A program made the translations under genes and the position numbers. The notes below the pieces were generated by a model. That model was not told the origin of the DNA, did no database searches, and saw only the letters and a program-made list of their open reading frames with translations. Positions 57,401 through 64,000 of a stretch of DNA of 64,000 nucleotides are shown in pieces. The DNA comes from Ascoidea asiatica JCM 7603. Taxonomy: Eukaryota; Fungi; Ascomycota. The stretch lies in contig BCKQ01000001.1 of the NCBI GenBank assembly GCA_001600695.1, forward strand, positions 1,873,671 to 1,937,670. Reading direction: 5' to 3'. Numbering within the stretch: position 1 is the first letter of the stretch; every line of letters begins with the position of its first letter.

Positions 57401-58591
57401 AAAGGTAATTATCACCGTAGTATGATATTATTACTATTGTGATGAGCTTCACAGTAGGGTTTATTCTTTTCCTAAAACCAAATGTTATTAAATTTTCCAA
57501 CTATTACCACTTTATACCCACAACAGCAATGAGATTTATATTATTTTATCTGTTTTATAAAAATAGTTTGTTAGTTGGGAAATTATTTTTCTTTTTATAT
57601 TAATAATATTTTAAACAGATACTTACTAGTTTATATGTTTGCTTCCAAATTTATTTAGGTGAGGGCAAATTGCTAATTTTTTTTTATGTAAGCCATATTC
57701 AGCATTTGTTTTCAGTTCTATTTAATAGACGCTAGGTACGTAGAGGATTATGATTGTGGGCAATTATGGGGTTGAATTTGGAATACTTAGCCCTGACTGT
57801 TATCCCGTGGTTTTTACCCCTATTTTATAGGGCTCTAAGTGTATGCTTGAGGTCACGAACTGTTATGGATTGTTGAAATGTGTGAGTTTGTGTCCTTAAT
57901 TGAAAACAGGTATTATTAATTTACGGGACATCCCGCGTTTTGAAACGGGTGTGGTTCGTGACGCGAATTCCTTCTAACCCGAAGCTACAATGGCTGTGGG
58001 AAATGTGGGCTCCCCTTCTAGCCGAAAATAAAACTCGGGAAATATTAATAAATTGAATTCCGTTTCAAGAGGGGCAAATAAAATATTGCCGTGAGCTAAT
58101 TATTGGTAAATTTTGGAACATTTTGGGGTGCTATTTAGTTTTTCTGGCAGTATATAGCGGTTCACTTCTTTTGACCTACCGCTTCGCTACAATAACTACT
58201 GGTTTATGTGTGCTGGAACAGCGTTGCTTACCTAACTGCTTAGTCATCTTTAAGGATACGGGAAAGACTAAGAAGGTAAGAGAATATCGGAGTTAAGACC
58301 ACATTTGGAAAGAACATTGGTCGCAATTTTTATTCACCACTCACCCATGAGACCTGTAACAGATAGTGCTACAGGTTTGAGTTCTACGGTCAAACCGAAT
58401 GATTCTCGTTTATGAGAATCGAACATATGGCGGCGCACCCATGATCTCACAACACATACCAAACACTTGGCAAAGGCCTTCCAATCATCGAACATCTAAA
58501 TTCCCTACCATTCAAAATTTCTCGAATGGCTCAAAACACATTTGAGGAGAAAAACCATAAAACATTAATAAATATTACTAAAATAAGAATC

Positions 58592-58685
58592 GACAAACAA
58601 ATAACAGACAAATAACAAACAAATAACAATTATATAACATACAAATAACAAACAAATAACAATCAAATAACAAACAAATAAAACA
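58592..58685 (+). repeat. Imperfect 11-bp tandem repeat (ACAAACAAATA, ~8 copies)
   Basis: Directly abuts the ATG at 58686. Confidence 0.8.
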
Positions 58686-60038
58686 ATGCCTACTATTCAA
58701 CATACACCACAAACTCCCTCCATTCCATTAACACTTGAACCTAAAGCTATTCCCCAATCGTCAACTGAACTTAATTCCAGTACCAACTCGGATCCATCAA
58801 CAGCTACTTCTGCAATTACCTCATCAAGATCGGAGCCTCCTGAAGATGAACCAATTCCAGAAACAGAATCGTGCAAAGGGGAAACTAGGATAGCTTCAAT
58901 GATTGCTTTTGCGAACCAATACATTAATAATCATGTTTCTAAGGATATATTACATCAAGAAAGCGAATTAACTGACCATATCCATACACAAGATTTCATT
59001 GCTATAGACGATTCTTCAGATGAATCAGACACTGAAAATGATACTTTGAGGGAATTCACATCCGAAGAGGTAGTTTTATTCAACGAGCAAGTTAAATCAC
59101 ATTTTGACATCACCAATATTAACGATCCACCATACGTCCTTTCAAAACTAAACAAAATCATTCTCAATTTAATTTCTCAAAATCATTTATTTCTTTTCAA
59201 AACACTCCGCTCCGATCCTACAATTTCATTAATAATTGATGCAGGGCCAATACGACATTGGAAAGAAAGAAAAGACTTTTGTCAGTCAGTGAATACATTC
59301 GAAATTACTTGGATGGATGTTTTATCACCATATACAATCAAAAGTACTATTTGGGTCCAACAAATATACATACATTTCTTTCTATCACGTAAAATACTGT
59401 GATAAAATCTCTGCAAATAACATTGTACAAATCATTAGGAATCAGAACAACTAACCATTAACCAAATCCATAAATCTCATCCCATATTATAAAAATAATA
59501 ATAAATTGCCTTTCAAAACTGCAAATTATAGTTACCAGTCACTTTCCTTGATATATGGTACTCTTATTCTCCTATAATAGGTGTCATTTCTTCCACCAAT
59601 TATTGAATGTTATTTCAAACTTATCTCAAAGGTATTCAATCAAATATTGGCAATACAAAAGACTTTTTACCTGGGGTATATGATGTCATAAATGATGTTG
59701 ACGGTCACATTTCAACAATTACAAATCAATATCCACCATATATGGATGACGCCAAATACAATTTGTTTATGAAAACGCATGATAATAAAATCATCTGCCA
59801 AAGATATATCAAATACGATGGTGTCCTTTTCCATTTCAAAACCTATAAGGAGATAAAAAACAAACTCTAATGCTGTTTAGTTGTCCCCCCTAAAGCAATC
59901 GCAGCTGTCATAGTGCAATATATGCGATCCAATCCTATCTCAAATAAAAGGCTATTAGGATCCAAAATGAACAAAGAATTCTTCAATATTCCAAAGCCGG
60001 ATTTTGAGTTAGCATACAAGTTTTATAAAAACATTTAA
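58686..60038 (+). pseudogene. Fragmented ORF of unknown, probably mobile-element, origin
   Basis: Co-oriented ORF pieces 58686-59402 and 59607-59870, with the second frame resuming after one stop and running to 60038; C-rich composition unlike host genes. Confidence 0.45.
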
Positions 60039-61700
60039 ATTGTATCTAAACATTTTCTGTTTTTATAAATGTTTTCTCTACATGTTTCTTCTTTTTATAA
60101 CTTTATCTTTTTATCAAATATTTAACTCTTTACGTTTCTCGCAATTTCTTATATGCGCTTCAGCACACTCGAGATATTTTTCTTTTTTCAATTGTTTTCT
60201 CCTATGTGCTTTGACACATTTGAGAAAACATATTCTTTCTTTCCAAATTATTTTCTACCCCTATTTTATGTTACCATACCAATGGTACAACTCTGGGGTT
60301 CTATTTGCAACAATTAATATTGAGTTCCGTCTTAATTCAATTTGATACAAATTACGCCCTATTCTTTATACATATAAATATGGCATTTCCCATCATTTAT
60401 GTTTTTGTTGTCCTCTTTTTAGAATTTGGACAATGAAATTTTATTAATTTTTTTTACTACATTTTTCGTCACTATAATCTACAATTATTTTTACAGAATT
60501 ATAAAGATTTGAATCTTTATTCTTTCCCATTTTTACAGTTGTAGAAATATTTTATTCCGATTTCATCAATTTTTGGTCTTGTCCAAAAGAGAAGCTCCCC
60601 CAAACTTCTTGGACAGACCCACTACCCATCGTTATTGGTTGAAACAAAAAGCTACCTCAACCGCCGTTACCACAATTGCATTACCACAATTGGATTTTAA
60701 GTTTCTATAATATTTGTTTTTTATCACTTTATCTTAATGTATTTTCTTTTTTCACAGTTTTCAATTTTTATAATTCCTCAGACGTTGAAATTAGTTCTTT
60801 GCTTTACGTTTAAAAAAGACCACATCAACATAAGTTAATAAATATGTTTCAAATAGTGGACTCTAACACTTTAAATTTCATTTAATTCGATTGTTTATTT
60901 TTTTATACAATTTGGCTTTTGTTTTTATATTTTATTTTTATATTTTTTTTAACCCTGTTTTCATTTAACGAGCAAAGTTTCAATAACTTTCGAAATACAA
61001 ATTAACTACCTAAGCTATTAACATGCTTTACACATACTAACTAATGAAAAATAATTGTTACTGTCAAATTACAAACATGGTCTATAAATAACTGAAGTGG
61101 TTTGTGTGCGAAATAATAAGCATGGTATTTTAGTAAGTATATTCGTTCAATTAGACAAGTTGACAATTACACAGAGTCAAATTCAATGGAGACAAGCGAA
61201 GGTGTGTCTAATTGTTTAGCATACTAATGACCATAAATTCATTTTATTACTAGAAGCGTCACTAGCACCTAAAGGTATAAGCGCAGATTAAACCAGTCTT
61301 TGATCTCTTTCCCGCCAGGCCGAGAACAGAAAGGTGTTTTTGTGTATTTATATATCAAGAATCATCGGCGAGTCTAGGACGCAAATTTAGTGAAATGACG
61401 AATAAGATGTGGCGCTGTAAGAGCGTAACGTCATACATTGTGTGACACCATGAGAGACATGCCCTTTAAAGCCAACTATATTAACACGACCTGGCAGTCT
61501 TGAAAGAAATTAATAAAAGATTGCTTAAAAAAAAAAAAAAAAAACAGCAGGAAAGTTAACATTGAGGATAGGACGAAAATGAAAGAAATATTTTTAAAAG
61601 TAAGGCTAAGGTCAGAACGGTCTGCGTTAGCAAAAAACTAGAGATTGGAATGGCCTGCTAAAGTGTGTGAAGCATAATGAAAAAACAAAATAGTATTGTT

Positions 61701-64000
61701 TTAAACATTTAAAATTTCAAGATCGTGTTGAAGCTTGGAAGTTGTTGAAGGTTTTGTAAACACATCGGAAGGATTATAATTTTCAGCGAAATGAGACACT
61801 TTTACTAATTTAAACTTTCTAATACCATATAGAAATTTCAACCTCATTGTATCGTGTGTTGGATAGGGAAGAGTTACCTTTTCAAAATTGTTAATTTTGT
61901 AGACTAATCCAGCATTATCAATGAACATATTGTAAGAAGAATAATGTTAGATCTCAGTGTCAATCTGTTCTATGAAAGAAGTCAAATAAAAGATAACCTT
62001 TGCACCTATTGTGGCTCACATAAATTCTGCCTCATAAGAAGATAAAGGCTTGGTGGTCCCAACAGTTGATGACTGCCAAGATACCACATTACCACGATAT
62101 GTTAAAACATAACCGGCAATACTGTTTATAGAATAAGAAGCATCTGTGTAAAGACCAGTTGTTTTGCCATTGCTTTATTCATATTTGTACTTAAAGTTTG
62201 TTGATCCTTTAAAATATTTAAGAAGATGTTTAGCCCTAGTTAAATCATTTGTTGATGGGCAAGACATACTTTTGGCTAGTTGACGTGTAACAAAAGCAAT
62301 ATCTAGCCGATTAGGAGCCGTTAAATAAAGTAATGAACCAACGATTTGTTGATAAAGATAAAAATCTTTATTATTAAGCATGATTATTGCCTCGTCACGA
62401 TTTAAATAAGGAGACGATCTTGGGGTTGAATCAACAAATTTGAATTTTTGTATGATACTGGTTGAAATGGTATCCGAAGTCATTACAATTTCACCATATA
62501 TAGATGAGAAATCCAAACCTAGAAAATGGTCAAAAGATGTTTCTTTAACTGATAACTTTGTTTTCGATTTGTCCACAAATGTTGAAATGTCTTTAGGATT
62601 TTTCCCTAAAATTATACAATCATCCACATAGATGGCTATTAGTAAACCTGTTGATGATTTAAAACAGCAGTGGTCTGATAGTAGCTGTGTAAATTCTAGC
62701 AGAAGTAGTAGGTTTTTAAAATGAAGGAAAAATGATAAAGGAGATTGTCTTAGACCATAAAGAGATTTCTTTAATTTAACATTGTTTGTGTTAAATTCGG
62801 CATTAAATCCTTTTGGGGTTCTAAGAAAATAATTGTCTTCAAGAATTGGAACATGAAGAAATGCTGTTGATATATCAAGTTTTTTTAATCTTAAGCCTGT
62901 AATGTGCAGCATATTAAAGAAGAATTCTAAAATGATCCGTATTCAAAACAGGACTATTGAATTGAAATTTTCATAGTGTTGGATCACACGTTTCGAATTA
63001 GCCATATACAACAAGTGTTGCTTTATGCTTAAGATTTAAAGTGATATTCTCAACCTTAATATTAAATGTTCATCCTGCAGCAAATACCTTTGCATTCTCT
63101 GGTAAAGAATCAGTGCCTTCAAACACATCAAATTGTATAATTTGATTCTTTTCAATGTTGATAGCATCTTCCCAAGAATCATATTGGATTGCTTGTGCAT
63201 AAGAGTTAGGAATAAAATGATCATCAGATAAATTAATTTCCAAATCTGAATTTGACGGTGGAAGAAATTTATCATCTAAAGGACTGTTCTTGGAGTCAAC
63301 TTTTGTTTCAATAGTAGTTGGTTGAGAAACAAGTATTTGATATATTGGAATTGCCGAGTTAGGATTTGTAGCTTTGACAATAAATGATAAAACTTTGTTA
63401 AAAACATTAAAAGAATCAAGTACTCTAATCTCTGTAACTGTTGCAATTGAATCTAACAAAAAAGTTGTAGTTGCGTTACCAGCCTTATAAGTACATGAGT
63501 ACTCATATGCATTTGGTAGTCCAATCATTGTATTGTATTTAGATTTTTTGTACTCTGTTCCATTATCAATTTTTAATTCAGGTTCAGGTAAATTTAGTCT
63601 AGTGCCCCATTTTGAAATAATTTTATCTATTTCAGGGCTAACAGAACCTTGGTCATTCACAGTGAATGCAGTTGTAAATCTACTGTAATCATCCATTAGA
63701 ATAACTTGGTGTTTGCCATAGTTTTGTCCGGTGATGTCTGAATGTACAATTTGGAGCTTTCTGACTGTTAGTTTAGGTGACAAAGTTGTAGTATGCGAAT
63801 TATTTTCCACATTAATTAATTTGCAAATTTGACACAGTTCAATTTTGAATTGTTCATCTTTGGTTAATCTGTTTTGTAGCTTAAGCATTGCTGAAGCAGA
63901 AAGATGCCCTAATGAATAGTGTAATTTAAGTATTTTACCTTCTGGAATACCTAAATATTTTTCATAAACACTAGGAAGTTTGACTGAATTTATGTCAAAA
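61701..64000 (-). mobile_element. Degenerate Ty1/copia LTR-retrotransposon pol (IN-RT-RNase H); continues beyond the window end
   Basis: HYSLGH..CQIC zinc motif, VHSD..DDYSRF..DNGTEY integrase, LDISTAFL/KSLYGLRQSP/YVDD reverse transcriptase, and YTDASY..EAEF..NPSDVFTK RNase H; copia domain order; stops and frameshifts. Confidence 0.95.

Noticed and set aside
55400-57830. Terminal inverted repeats for the MULE
   Set aside because: Only short GGGGT-type matches; no extended inverted repeat or target-site duplication
58372-58384. GGTTTGAGTTCT as a decayed Ty5-type primer-binding site (GGTTATGAGCCCT)
   Set aside because: It needs one deletion and two substitutions, and the downstream ORF is not recognisably Gag
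61040-61700. 3' LTR of the copia element
   Set aside because: It is in the expected position, but there is no convincing polypurine tract or TG...CA pair and no second LTR in the window, so boundaries cannot be supported
53200-64000. RIP-like directional hypermutation of the relics
   Set aside because: The lesions seen are mixed substitutions and indels and the region is not AT-enriched; this cannot be tested without intact copies

Overview
Extremely AT-rich budding-yeast (Saccharomycotina) genomic DNA; the style resembles Ascoidea-like genomes, but the species is unverified. Bases 1 to about 53,200 are ordinary euchromatin with poly-Asn-inflated proteins. They encode an alpha-factor-like pheromone precursor cut by the window edge, MCT1, CDC7, a 2OG-Fe(II) oxygenase, an unknown 929-aa regulator-like protein, a QuiC-like TIM-barrel dehydratase, a DUF2458-like protein, dynactin p25, intron-containing PMI40, NOP16, MSG5/CPP1, KAP122, RFA1, SNF6, EXO84, an intron-containing tRNA-Met, URA6, TDP1, a small membrane protein, NAR1, an NDUFAF8-like twin-CX9C protein, RPN14, a sugar transporter and an F-box protein. 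From about 53,200 to the end there are no intact host genes and GC rises. This part holds an interrupted MKK1/2 pseudogene, a decayed MULE transposase, an unidentified broken ORF and a decayed Ty1/copia pol. Two observations stand out. (1) A bipartite motif I do not recognise, ATCC(A/C/G)-N6-TGGYCTC, recurs in four separate housekeeping promoters, including a 5 x 28-bp array and a 14-bp palindromic chain. (2) Several genes whose S. cerevisiae orthologs are centromere-linked run into the transposon graveyard, suggesting the edge of a regional, retrotransposon-associated centromere.
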